Shown here: positions 26,901 through 39,050 of the stretch, piece after piece
Layout of the letters: each line of letters opens with the position of its first letter
Numbering within the stretch: position 1 is the first letter of the stretch
Source: Lama glama
Lineage: Eukaryota
Reading direction: 5' to 3'
DNA: 64,000 nt
NCBI GenBank assembly: GCA_028534125.1
Contig: CM052841.1
Location: 40,176,001-40,240,000 of the forward strand
Program-made: the position numbers and the translations under genes
The notes under the pieces: model-generated
Databases searched by the model: none
Told to the model about the DNA's origin: nothing
Seen by the model: only the letters and a program-made list of their open reading frames with translations

Positions 26901-28832
26901 AGAGGGGGATGTCGAGTCAATATTATTTAACTTATTTATTTGCTTTAAGAAGTTCATGACCAGAATATAATGGTAATAACGATGCAGGATGGAGGAAGCA
27001 GGCACCCCTGAGTACCTGAGCAGCCCTTCCACTGTTGTAGGAGGGAAAACAGGTGATCTGGGTGCCCGGGCAGATATGTAACTGCCCATCCTCAGCAATC
27101 CTCTAAGACATACACCTCAGTGTCCCCATGTCCCTCTCCCCTGTGCTGGGGGGAGAGAAGCTGGAACTTGGAGGAAGCATCCACCCAGATTGGGAATTAG
27201 GAGAAGCTCTCTGCCTGGGTCAGGTCTTGCCTAAGCACACCTCTTCAGTGATGAGTCAGGGCCTCCAGCAGGCCAGAATAATCCTGGGGAGATGAGACGA
27301 CGGGGGAGGAAAAGCCAGTCATGACTCTGGACTTGGCCAAGGGCCTTGTTGGGTGGGAGCAGGAAAGAAAAGGCAGCAGAACTGCCCTCCGGGGGCCCTC
27401 GAAGTCCTGCCCAGGGTTGGGAAGAGGGTAGGCTGGGCCGCTGACCCCAGGCAGACCTGGCTCAGGATGCACACTGAACAGCTCCCAGTTCCCAGGCATC
27501 TCTGGATCATATTTTGTTTGTTGATTTAAAAGTACACAGTTTGATCAGAAATAAGCAAAACCTGCCACCCAATCTGCGTGGCTGTGGGAAGTGATTAACA
27601 CAACACCCGCTGGGAGTGCTACCCCCCACGCTCGGTACAGCAGGCACAGGGCCGTCACAAAGGAGGCTGCAGCATACGCTTAAAAAGGGGCACATGAGCA
27701 CATGACATCATTCGGAAAACCCTGCATCCTGCTCACCGAGCGAGCATTTCCTGTGAGGGATGCACTGCCGGCCGGGCCGAGACCAGAATCCCAGGGGTGG
27801 AGACTAATATAGTACATAATGCAAGGGATGCAGTCTCACGGGGAACCAGCTGGGTGGCAGCTAATCTCTCGGCCTTACTGAGTGCCTACTCTGTGCCGGC
27901 TGTTTGCTAAGGATTGGGGAGAAGTATGTACAGGCGGGAAGTAAGGGGAGAGGGTGGGAGTTGAGTCATGGGGCTGGGGTTCAAATCCTACCTCCCTCTG
28001 CACTCTGACCCTTGAGATCCTAGCCAAGGCCCTGCACCTCTTGGGGCCCCAATTTTCTCATTTTCAGTGATAACCCCATTTATCCCGCATTCGCTTGTTA
28101 AGAGGGTGATACATCTGATGGTATCAGCACAAGATTCAGGGCCTGCACTTTTAAGTCTCTGGAGAATCTCACTCTAGGGCTGGTATATGGAAGGGCGAGA
28201 AACTGAAAAAGCAGTCTGGGGGCAATTCACAGGGCAAGGGGCAGTCTTGGGAGATGGGACTTTATCCTGGAGGTGATGGGGAGCCACTGAAGGTTTCAGA
28301 GCAGGGCAGGGACCTGAGACTCCAGCAGAAGAGGGAGATGATCATCACGGTCTAGGGAAGGGGCAGTAAAAATGGACCAGCAGTGCTGGGGAGAAGCAGG
28401 GAGGGAAAGGTGCAGCAGGGATGGGAGTAGGCTGCTGATTGAAGCTGGAAAGTCTCTGGAGAAAACCCAAATCAAGAGTGTCAAGGTGTGCAACCAAGCA
28501 GATGTGGGGCAAAAACATCACTGTAGCTTAAAAATAAATCTAATTTACAATTAGGGGGCAGGATTTAGTATACATTTAGCTTTTCAAAAATTTGCTGCAT
28601 GATGAGCTTTGAAAGGAGGATGTAAGATGTAGACAATTTCACAGTCCTTCCTACTAGTCATCCAAAGTAAGGGAGGCCATACAGTGTGGAGAGAGAAAGC
28701 ACAGGGCTAGGAATCAGGTGACGCAAGTTCTCATTCCGACTGGCCAGACTCGTCGGTGGCCTGACTTTCTAGTCTTGACAGTGACTCCGTGAACTGGTTG
28801 CTGGGATTGGGCTTTGCTCCCTGAAAACTTAC

Positions 28833-29004
28833 ATTTGCTTCTCCAGAGGGACAGCAGGATCCACTCTCTCTCCCAGGATCCCACAGAACTCGGGGCTCCC
28901 ATGTTTGATGGGCTTGAAGCCCCCTCCAGGAGCTCGAAGCTGGCGCCGCCGGTCCCGGGAAGGCGAGGGGGATGACTGCCGTTTCTCGTTGCCGTTAAAC
29001 TGGG
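28833..29004 (-). CDS. SHB: SHB internal coding exon (probable exon 4), 172 nt, phase 1-2; AQFNGNEKRQSSPSPSRDRRRQLRAPGGGFKPIKHGSPEFCGILGERVDPAVPLEKQI
   Basis: Not given in this frame in the ORF track; translated by hand. Polypyrimidine tract and ccccacAG acceptor at 29006-29005; donor GTaagt at 28832. Locally CpG-rich. The frame is continuous with both neighbouring exons. Confidence 0.97.
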
Positions 29005-29789
29005 CTGTGGGGGAGAGAGAAAGTACACAATTACCTGGAACTCAGCGCAAGGAGTTACTGGGTGGCGCATAGTGGGGTCCTAGGGGATGGTTCTCTCTGG
29101 GGTCTACAATTTGCAGGAGGAAGATCTCCAGGCAATGAACAAACATAGCTGAAAAGATATGGGCTTCCTAAAACAAGACGTGCATGAGCTGTCTAAACCA
29201 GATGATGCAGCTGACGGGCTGGTTTGTCTCCCAATGCCACGGAGCTCAGCCCTATTCTCAAAGGAACCCTCCTGCAACCTCCATCAAAAGGGGGCATAGC
29301 ACTCCGAGGGTGCTCAGTCTCATAGTCAGCTCTCAGGGAGAAAGCTTTTCCACATTTTGTGCCAAAACCTGCCTCCAAGTGGCTCCTTTCCTCCTCCCAT
29401 TCTCCCACCCCACCTGGAGCTGTACTGGCCACATCTGCCCTCTTTCTCCTGGGACTCTCTACTAGAGAGTTTCAATGGAGGCTCGTGCTGTATCACACAG
29501 ATCTGCTTCTCTTCACTCAGGCCCCTGTGTGGGCCCCACACATAGCCCGCCACGTCCTGGGCCCAGCACCCAGGGGAGGCTGCAGCAGGCCTGGCACAGT
29601 GGGACGGGCTCTCCCCCTGTGTACTTTCCTCTCTGCCCTGGACCTGTGAGAGTGTCATTCACCCCATGGACTATGGAGGGTGCCACTTGAGGGCAGGACC
29701 CTGGAGATACCAAACAAAGAGCAGAAAACATGAGCTGAAATTGGATTTGCTACAAGCGTTCCTGGAGACCAGCTGATCCACCTTGCAAA

Positions 29790-30130
29790 TAATCTCTCTG
29801 GGCCTTAGTTTCCTCATATGAAACATAGGGATAATGACTGTATCCCTCCACGGGGTTGTTGTGAGGATTCCGGCAGGTGATGCACAGCGATCTCAGCAGA
29901 GTGCCTGGCATGTAGTCTGTGCTCAGTGTGGGCACAGTAGTAAGCACTTCACAGAAGCTTCCAAATGGACCTGAGTCCTCCTCCTAAGCTGGCCAGTGGT
30001 TAGCTGTGTGCCTTGGCTAAGCTGTTCAACCTCTCTGAGGCCCCATTCCCTACTTTACCAGGCTGCTGTGGAGATCAGATGAGGGAATACATCCCAAGGG
30101 CCTGAAACACACAGTGTGCTGAGTAAACTG
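29790..30130 (+). mobile_element. Tandem MIR SINE fragments
   Basis: ctctgggccttagtttcctcatatgaaacatagggataat...gttgtgaggatt...agagtgcctggcatgtagt; tagctgtgtgccttggctaagctgttcaacctctctgag. Confidence 0.75.
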
Positions 30131-30564
30131 GGTCAGGGCCTACAGACCGTGTTCCCAAGGCCATGACCAGCCCCAGGCCCACAGACACACACTGGCAGAA
30201 ATCTGCCCCTAGCCAGCAAGCATGGACATGGCAAGCAGTCCTCCAACCCCAGCCAGACACATAGTGATCAACCTCACATTCACAGAAGGTGGCAGGAAAC
30301 ACCTGCCCTGACTGTAATGTGCTGTCCCTGGGGACCGAGGAACTTGAATGCACTTGTATGCCTCAGCCATGGAGCAAGGCTATCCATCAGGACTGCAAAG
30401 CTTTTCCTCCCTGCTGAGATACTCTTCTGCATTAATCACCATGGAAAACAGCGGAGAGGTTCCTGCCAACAGAAGGCTCCAGACACGTTGGACCCGTGTG
30501 TGTGGTCACTCTCATGACTACACCCGGGTCCAGCAGGCTGTCTGTCCACCTATCCCACTCCTAG

Positions 30565-30830
30565 ACTCTCATTCACACGTGCCAGGTACAATTCAGGGCT
30601 GGGAAACAACAGTGTGCAAGACACACAGAAATCCCTGCCTCAGCAGTCAGAGTCCCAGTGAGGAAAGACAGACAACAAGTGAAATCTTCACAACACACCC
30701 GCTGGTGCTGAGTGCTCTGGACAAAACAAAAGCAGGGCAGGGAAGGCCCCTTGAGGGTGACATCTAAATAAATGCCTGGAGGGAAGGACAGGCAAGCCAG
30801 GGGGACATCTGAGGTAAGGACATTCCAGGC
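30565..30830 (-). mobile_element. LINE-2 3' fragment
   Basis: gtgccaggtacaattcagggctggga..cagtgtgcaagacacacagaaatccctgcctc...gtgacatcta...cattccaggc. Confidence 0.65.
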
Positions 30831-30929
30831 TGAGGTTGGACCTTAGGACCTGGTTACCTGTCTAGTCTCGGGTCTCACCATGCCCCCTTCCAGGTTATGC
30901 TCTCTGCCTCCCGTCCTGATTTCTTCCAA

Positions 30930-31147
30930 CCTGTCCACCTGATTGCTCTTCAGGAGTCACCTCTTCCAGGAAGCCTTCCCTGACCTCACCCTCTTCCCAG
31001 ACTTTAGCTTGATCTTGGCCTAAGCACTAGCATCCTTGTTTGGCTCCTCATGAGCCCCTCAAGGGCAGGGGCTGTACCATATTTGCCCTAACCCCTCATG
31101 CCTAGCACACATCCACAACATAGTAGGTGTTCCATGAATGAATGAAC
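30930..31147 (+). mobile_element. LINE-2 3' end
   Basis: cacctcttccaggaagccttccctgacc...gagcccctcaagggcagg...tgcctagcac...catagtaggtgttccatgaatgaatgaa. Confidence 0.7.
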
Positions 31148-32729
31148 TTAATGAGCTGCTGTTTCACTTTATTGGGGAAAAATATCGGTTTTCATACCAG
31201 ATAAATTGGATAAAACCTAATAACGTCCCAGTCAACGCTGTAATTCCCCTCTGAATTAATTTACACATTCGCCTGCAAGCTTAATAATATAGCCATACAT
31301 TTTAGAGGGAACAGGTGGTGATGAATGACAGGCTTAATTAGGCAAATCATTTCACCTAAAATAAAAATATACAAACTCCAAGTGCAGTGATTCAGCGGCA
31401 CAAGAGAAAAAAGAAAACTGTTAAGAACAAAAGCTCCAAACACAATTGCTTTCATTCCTTCTAATTAAGTTTCTCTTTAATCTGCAATTAAAAATGGCAA
31501 TTCTTTTAATTTAGTGATTTTCTGCAAAAGATAAAGACACAGTCCTCAAAAGAATATCCACATTTAGAGAAAAAATATGCCACTCTTGTGTGTTGTTAGA
31601 AAGACAGAACCTAATTAATTCCACCTATAGGCAATTACAAATGGAAGTGAGAGTTCCGTAGGAGGGAGGGGAGACTTGGGGGCAAGGCCAGGCCTCAGGA
31701 GCCCTTCTGCCTTTGGTAGGATGATAAGGCCCAAGACCCCTGGTGGCAGTGGGAGAAGTGGCCCTATTAATGGTTCCACCAGCCTCTGTCTCTAGGGCAG
31801 GTGAGATGGCCCCTTTGTGACAGCCCAAATGTCCTTCCAAAAGTTCCTGTCTGTTGACAGGCCTCATCCTTTGAGACCAAGTTCAGGTGTCCCCATCTTC
31901 TGGAGGCCTTTCTTCCATCTAGATTAGCCTCTGACACTGGTGGTCCCCTTCCTACTTGTATTATAGACTGTATACCAATTCCAAATTGGCCCTTAAGCTG
32001 GGTCACTGCCAGTGACAGAAGACAGCGTCCCACACAGCCATGCTAGCTCTAACCCTCCCAATAACCCTGCCACCTTGTGCGTAATGAGTGAGGGACTGGG
32101 GGCCCAGAGAAGGTGAAGAAGCACTCTAGGGTCTCAACGCTAAGAGGTGGGGCCCTGTGGGTGACCAGGGTGACCCCACCCTCATGTTCTCCTTCCCCAC
32201 GAGGACACTGGAAGAGCTGGTGGGGGCAGGGGCTGTGCCTCACTCGTCTAGTCTCTGGAATGATCACCCTCCTCCTCCATCTGTGTGACTTCTGTATCTA
32301 GAAGCTTCTAAGGTCTGGAACAAAAGCCCTTCTTCACAAAGCCTCCCCCATCCCATCTGCTGAGAACCACCTTCCTCCTGGGGGCTCACAGCACTTGGCC
32401 CTTCTCTGGTAGCTCAGTGAGTACCCACGTCACTCATCCCCAGTCAGCCGGGGTGTTCTGACGGGGCAGTGCCTAGGATTGATTTTATTTCTCTTCTCCC
32501 TCTCCAATCTCTAGTCTGCCCCGAAACCAACTTCAGTGCTTGGTATGGAGACAGTGCTTAGTAAATGTTTGCTTAGATGAAATAAATGTGTTCCTTCAGG
32601 GTCCAGCTCCTTCCTGTTTATCATTCAGTGCTGGCCAGAGAGATCAGGTTCTCAAAAGCCAAAGGGCCTCTAAAGCACAGCTCTCTGGGCTCAGGAACCC
32701 CTGCCGGCTCCCAGTTCCCTGGGATGGAG

Positions 32730-33150
32730 GGCAAACTCCTCATTCTGGTGCTCAAGGTCCTCCATGACTTGGCGACAACCTGACCCTCTGGGTTCCACAT
32801 CCACCTCTAGGCTCCAGTCACAAAGGATGGCTGGTCCCAAATTCATCATCTGCCTTCCTGCCTCTTGGCCTTTGCTTTGCTGTGTCTGCCTCCTAGAATC
32901 CCTTTCTCCAGTATCTGTGTGTGCAAAAAATCTAAGTCATTCTTCAAAGTTCAGCTCCAAAGCTACCTCCTGGGGGAAGTTTTGTCCCAGATCCCTCCAG
33001 GTGGAATTCATTTCTCTTCTGAACCCCACCTCCCCTGTCTATGCCACTGTCTGATCCCACTGCAGTCTATGTTAGTGTGGTACCTAGGTGTCTTAGAACT
33101 GGATGGAGATGGGGCCTCCTGCCTCTTCCGAACCTCCACATGCCTGACAC
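32730..33150 (+). mobile_element. LINE-2 fragment
   Basis: caaggtcctccatgacttggc...tcattcttcaaagttcagctccaaagctacctcctgggggaag...catgcctgacaca. Confidence 0.55.
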
Positions 33151-33224
33151 ACAGCCAGCTCTAAGGAACAGCCCAGGGGCTGCAGCAAGGCCAGGGAACA
33201 GAGGAAATTCGTCAGCTTAGCGTC

Positions 33225-33410
33225 ATGGAAAGGGTGTGGACTTTGGAGAGGAAGATCTGGATTTGAACCCTGCCTCTGCCACTACTGTGTGACTTCGGGC
33301 AAGTTTCTAAACCTCTCTAAGGCTTAGCTGCCTCTTCTGTAAAACCAGGCTGACAATATCTATAACATAAAGGATTGTGGAGGTTGTTAGTAACAGATGA
33401 TGTACCAAAG
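33225..33410 (+). mobile_element. MIR SINE
   Basis: ggactttggag..gatctggatttgaaccctgcctctgccact.ctgtgtgacttcgggcaagtttctaaacctctctaag...ctgtaaaa. Confidence 0.8.
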
Positions 33411-36400
33411 TATAGGCAGGCCCCCTGTAAGGGGTGGTTCCCTCTCCACACCGCCACATCCATGCTCAGAACAGCTCCCTTTCATGTAGTCGAGGCTGCA
33501 GTGCCTTGTATCAGAAACCACCGTCTTTTTTCCTTAACCTGTGCTGGAATTCCTAAGTTGGATGCTCCAAGAGGACAGGACATTGTTTTGAATTCCCAAT
33601 GCCGAGAACAGTGCCTGATATACAGTGGACGCTCAGAATCTGTTGCAGGACTGAATCTTCACCCAGATTCGTGGTCGGTAGGAACAAAAGACCTCATTCA
33701 TCAATCAAGAAAGGAACCTTAGGAGCTAGATTCCCTCCTCAAATTATTTCAAAATAGTTGGAAAAATGGCTTAACTTTCACTGAATGCTTCCTGGGAACA
33801 AGTGGGCACATGAGAACGTCAGGTGACATTTTCCTCTGACCCTCACAGCAGACCTAGGAGGTTGGTGCTACTTTGTCTACTTTTTTATGAACGGGGCCTG
33901 CTGTGGCCAAGGAGCCTGCCCCAGCTGATAGGAGCAGGCTGCCACACCAGGTAGCGGGCCCCAGACCCCAACCCTTGACCCCTCTGCTTTGGAATCGAAG
34001 CCCTGAACATCCTCCTCAACTGGGGTGCCCTAGGAGTGCCTTTATCTGGGGATGAGCAGGGAGAAGAGTCAACAGTCTGCCAAACATCCTCCAGGCTGAA
34101 AGCGAGTGTGGACAGCAACCCCCAAGGACAGGGACCATTTACGGGAAACTAGACAGGAGCAAAGGCAGCCCAGGGCCTTGGGTCCCGGGTGAGGCCTATG
34201 ACGTGCTCCAAGGTCAGTAGCTACTTCTTTCTGGCTGGCCTGGGGCCTCTGGCCCTCTCAGTTCTCCTGTACAGGACACAGTCCTTTAAACAAAGGCAAC
34301 GAGGATTCGAGGATTGAAAATAAGACCCCATGCATGAAGTGCCTTGCAAAGAACTCCCGGGCACTGAAGAGGCTTCCAATCCTGTGTGGATGAGGCAGAA
34401 GTGAATACAGGGCTGACAGGAGGGGCCTGGACAGTGCTCTAGGCCTGGTGTTCTTGGATGTCCTACCATTCTGAAATCACAAGGGCACAGAGAACAGGAC
34501 AAAGGCGTCCAAGGTACCCCTTCCATGCAGTCCTGGGGGCCGTTTCCTCCATGCTGTGGAAGACCTGGCCTTGATGCTGGTGGGTTTGTGGCGGGGGGAC
34601 AGGCGGGGAGTGGGGAGGGCAGGGGTGGAGAGGCACAGAAGGGGCTGCTGCCCAGGTAGTTGTGAGCCCCCAAGAAGGGGCAAGGAGGGAGACTGGGCAT
34701 TGGTTTGGGAAGGCGAGGGCCCCACACGACCCAGAGTATATGGAAACACCATAACCTTTCACAATAGTGTGCAAACACTTGCATCTGACTAAAACCCTGT
34801 TCCCATGAATGGTCCTCTGCTGCCTCAGTTTCTTAAACATACATTCTGCATCATCTCACCTGCTCCTGACAACAAGACAAAGATTAGACTTCCCATTTTC
34901 CAGATGGAGAAAGGTCCAGAGAGGTGAAGCCCCCTTCTTGGCAGCAGTTGAGGAGCAGGCCTCACTCTCCCCTCTCCCCGTGAGCGAAAGCTGTACTTCC
35001 AGGTAGGTTGTAAGACACGGGCAGGCAGCTCAGCAAATGTTTGGTTTGCTTTTCCAGGATTGCCAACAAGAGGCCTCTGTGTTCATCTCGCAGGCACACG
35101 CAGGCCCCAGGGCATCAGGCTGCCACATCTTGTGGGCCGTGCCTGAGAACAGAAGTCCTTATTGTGAGGGCAGTGGCGGTGGTGACTCCCCGAGAAGCAG
35201 GGCATCGGGAAAGCTGTGAGGCAGGCGCCGGGATGCCGCCCGGGCTCCAGGAATGCCATCTGGTTTCAGGAACGCTGTCCATGCATGCATACCCAAACCT
35301 GGGCCTGGCACCAGGGGGAGTGCCTTTGTCCTACCATTCTGCACCCCACAAAGGAGACATGGACACCACTGCCTGGTGTAAAGACCCCACCCCAAGGGCT
35401 GCCACTTGGCTACAGGAAAGGTAGGGATAAATTCTGATGAAAATGATGAAATGACCCAAAAGCAAAGGACTTTACAGCTGCTGAAGCAATCCATCTTCAT
35501 TATCATAATTCATATTCTGGATGAGAAATGACAGGCTGGAAGAGACTGAATTTCCCCACATTAACAGCTAGACTTGAACTTGGACTTGAACCCAAGTCTT
35601 CTGAATCCCAGGGGCCTCTAACAAGTTCAGTACAAATCCTGACTACAGTGTAACACACTCTCAAAAGCAACAGTGACAGTGATACCAAAAGCCAACATCC
35701 ACTGAGCACTCACTGTGCCCCCGACTCTCAGCACCAATTACCACCCTGTTTTACAGATGAAGAAACAGGCAACTTGCCCCTGGTCACCCCGCTAGCAAGT
35801 GGCAGCATGGGGCTTTAAATCCAGACCCTACAGCTCTGCTAGTTCTGGGCGGGGTTCACTGTCAGATGGAGAATGCCTGCTCAGGTCTGACGTAGTGTGT
35901 CTCCTGATGCTTTCACCTGCAGACACTTAGAATCCTAGGGCCTGGGAAAGGGACCCCATCCACAAGCCTCAGAGGACCTGCAGGGAGCAGGCTGGGCATT
36001 TGTGGAAATGAGTCTCCCCTCCCAGGAGCCCCAAAGCCCCAGCCCAGCTGCTTACGTGTCTGCTGCTGCTGCCCCTCCACAGACGGTGGTGAGGGGAGGG
36101 AGAAGCCACAGGAGGGGACAAGCAGGTGCATGGCGATCAGGGGGCTGCTTGCCACCCACTGGCACACCACTCTCCCCACCCCAACGTGGCATCTGAACTC
36201 ACGGGCCAGTCCTCAAACATCCAGGGACATACTCTCAGCTTCAAGTTCAGACCAGAGATGACAACCACAGCTGTCAACAGTCACTCAAAAGTGCCCACCC
36301 TTGTGTAGGTCCCTCAGCCTCATCTGGAGAGAAGACAGGTATACAGCACAAAGGAATGACGTGAAAACACACTACGTCTGTGAGCAGGGCTGCGTGATAC

Positions 36401-37399
36401 CTATGTATTCTGTGTCCTGGAGAGAACTTGGGATGGGTTCTCCTAAGACCTCATTTATTCGATAATTCAGTGACTATCTTTTTGTTTGTTATGTGCCAGA
36501 CACTGATCTAGGTGAGGACCCAGGAGTGAACAAGGCCAGCAGAGTCTCTGAACTCACAGAGCTTAAAAATATCCATACGAAAAAAATATATATCCACATG
36601 AAGCTCTCAGACCTGCCAAACAAAAGAGCAAAGATAGTCTACTAAATCTTTGGGTTTTTTCCACCCAGGAGACAAAGGCACTTGAAGAAACATTTCTATC
36701 AATATAATTAGCAGGCAAACCAAAGCTATGAAGCACTAGTGTTTTTCTTTCTCTCTTTTTTTTTTAGGTTACTAAATGAATTCATTCATATGTCAAAGAG
36801 AAAAACCAACTGGAAAAACCTGTCCCTCAGTAACGTAACAGCCAAAGGAAGCGAGTGATCCCAGTTTTCTCGTTTAAACCCCTCTTCTCTCTGCAGACCT
36901 GCTGTTCACACATGTTAAACATTAATTACAACTGTTACTCATTACATAGCAAAAAGCTCCGAGTACAAACACAATTGTTAATTTCCTCCCAGGCCCAAGG
37001 CATTCTGGGAAGCTGAGCAGGGGGCAGGAAGCATCGGGAGCCCCAGTGGGGCTGATGGTGAGGAGGAGGAGGCACGCGCTGGGCATGCAGGTGATGGTGG
37101 CAGATCTAAGATTCCCCGTGAAACCTTCCGCAGAGGCTGAGCCTGTTTATTCTAAGCACACAAGGATGAGTCATGGGCTCAGTGGGAACAGTGAGCCTGG
37201 AGCAGGATCTGACCCACTCAACGTTAGCACTACCAGCTTCACAGCATTTGTGTTTCACAGTGACAGTGACAAGTCACAAGCTCAGCATGGAGCAGACACA
37301 ACTGCTTCTGCCTCGAGAACAATCCAAGCCACGTGTCACCAGCACAGGTAAAGGGAACGTTCAGACCTGTCCTTTACACACTCAAGATGTCAGTGCAGC

Positions 37400-37570
37400 A
37401 GTGGAGAGAGCACCTGACCTGAGCTCATGAGCTGTGTAACCATGGGCAAGCTGCTCACCCTCTCTGAGACTGAGTAGTGACATCTGGGTGATGACAATGA
37501 AACCACACCCACCTTGCAGGACTTCAGAGGGTTAACCCATGCCAGCTTCATAACTGGTGCTCACTAAGTT
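37400..37570 (+). mobile_element. MIR SINE fragment
   Basis: agctgtgtaaccatgggcaagctgctcaccctctctgag...gtgctcactaag. Confidence 0.6.
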
Positions 37571-37756
37571 TTAATTTCCTGCCTTTCCTCCACTCCCCAC
37601 TTACCTTTATAGGATTGTTTTAAATTAGCCAACTGAGCTGGCTCAGAGATGACTCACAGTTGTTTAGGAAATAAACATACCTGGGACCTTACTTTCCCCT
37701 TTCTCTGCCCTTCGAGACTCACTTGATGAGGCTGGGGAAATGTCAAAACTCAACAT

Positions 37757-38013
37757 GGGGGGATGGGAAGGGAGAAATTGGGAGTTCAAGATTTGCAGAT
37801 ACTACTATATATAAAACAGGTAAACAATAAGTTTATATTGTATAGCACAGGGAACTTTATTCAATATCTTGTAGTAATTTATGGTTAAAAAGAATATGAA
37901 AATGAATATATGTATGTTCCTATATGACTGAAGTATTGTGCTGTACATCAGAAATTGACACATTGTAAACTGATTATACTTCAATAAAAATATATTTAAA
38001 AACAAACAAAAAA
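37757..38013 (+). mobile_element. 5'-truncated cetartiodactyl-type L1 3' end with poly(A) signal and A-rich tail
   Basis: gggagttcaagatttgcagatac...tgtatagcacagggaact.tattcaatatcttgtagtaa...gaaattgacacattgtaaactgattatacttcAATAAA (37983-37988), then an A-rich tail. Possible degenerate TSD aaaactcaacat / aaaactaaata. Confidence 0.85.
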
Positions 38014-38306
38014 CTAAATAGGGTGACTGGCCAAGGGGTGACCAATGCAGCATTAGCACCCCCCAAGCTGACAGTGACAAACGTGCATCTGGTGATTCGA
38101 GAAAAAACCATTGCACACCCATATGGAAAGTGGTAGGAGCCCAGAAGGGCCCCAGCCCAACCTGGGATGAGGGTGGGAAGGGACTGGTCATGTCATGGAA
38201 GGCTTCCTGGAAGAAGTGGCACTGACACCTTCAGAGCTGAGCTGTGACACCCCTTCCCTAACTCCTTGACCCCAGTACCTAACATGTAATGTACTGAGTA
38301 TGCTTT

Positions 38307-38485
38307 AGGTTCTCAAATTGGGGTCCCCAGATCAGTAGCATCAGCGACACCTGGGACCTTCTTAGAAATACAAATTCTCATGCCTCATCCCTGGAACCTA
38401 CTGAATCAGGAACTCTGGCGGTGGGTCCCAGCAATCTGTTCACTGCTTCCTCTGGGTGTTTCTGCTGCACGCTCTTGGCAAACCA
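38307..38485 (+). mobile_element. MER5A MITE
   Basis: ggttctcaaa..ggtcccc.gatcagtagcatcagc.acacctggga..ttagaaatacaaattctc..cctactgaatcaggaactctgg.ggtgggtcccagcaatctgt. Confidence 0.82.
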
Positions 38486-38859
38486 ACCAATTCGCAAACA
38501 TGTCACAGCTACAATGGGGAGGGGAGCGGGGGGAGAAAGGCAGTGGGGTCCCTCTCACACCTGGGGACTAGTGGCCCAACCCTGAGGAGGGACTGAATAA
38601 AGGACTGAAAAACCGGGTGGTTCATGGTGAGAATTATTGCTGGAACTGAGGTGGAGTATTTCACAACCACTGAAGTGTTGCTTTCCATGCCATCCATGCC
38701 TCCCATTGCCAGGAATAACTGGGAGTGAACATCATAAATGGGCCCTCTGTGCCCCCTAAATACCTCTTTATGCAGTATTGTTTTAATGTATAAAATTAAA
38801 TTTTATTTAATACAGTGAGCCTTCCCTGAGCACCAATAACCATTCTCTCATGTGTGACC

Positions 38860-39050
38860 CTTTAAAGTTTACGAGGTCTTTTCATCCAGATCTTTTCCTT
38901 TGGTCACCACAGAAATCCAGTGTGATAAGGGTTGTGACTGTCCCCGTTTTATAGATGGGAAAACGAAGACTCAGGAAGACTGAGCAGCCTGTCTGAGGTC
39001 CCACAGCTGCTGGGTGGTGGAGGTGGCATGTGCACTTGGGATTGTCTGAC
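38860..39050 (-). mobile_element. MIR SINE fragment
   Basis: tccccgttttatagatgggaaaacgaagactcagg...gaggtcccacagct...gtctgactcc. Confidence 0.7.

Noticed and set aside
28714-29070. 118-aa minus-strand ORF over exon 4
   Set aside because: Wrong frame; the SHB frame is fixed by splice phases and homology.
35306-35324. CTCF-like motif TGGCACCAGGGGGAGTGCC
   Set aside because: Mismatches at informative positions; cannot be supported without a PWM score or ChIP data.
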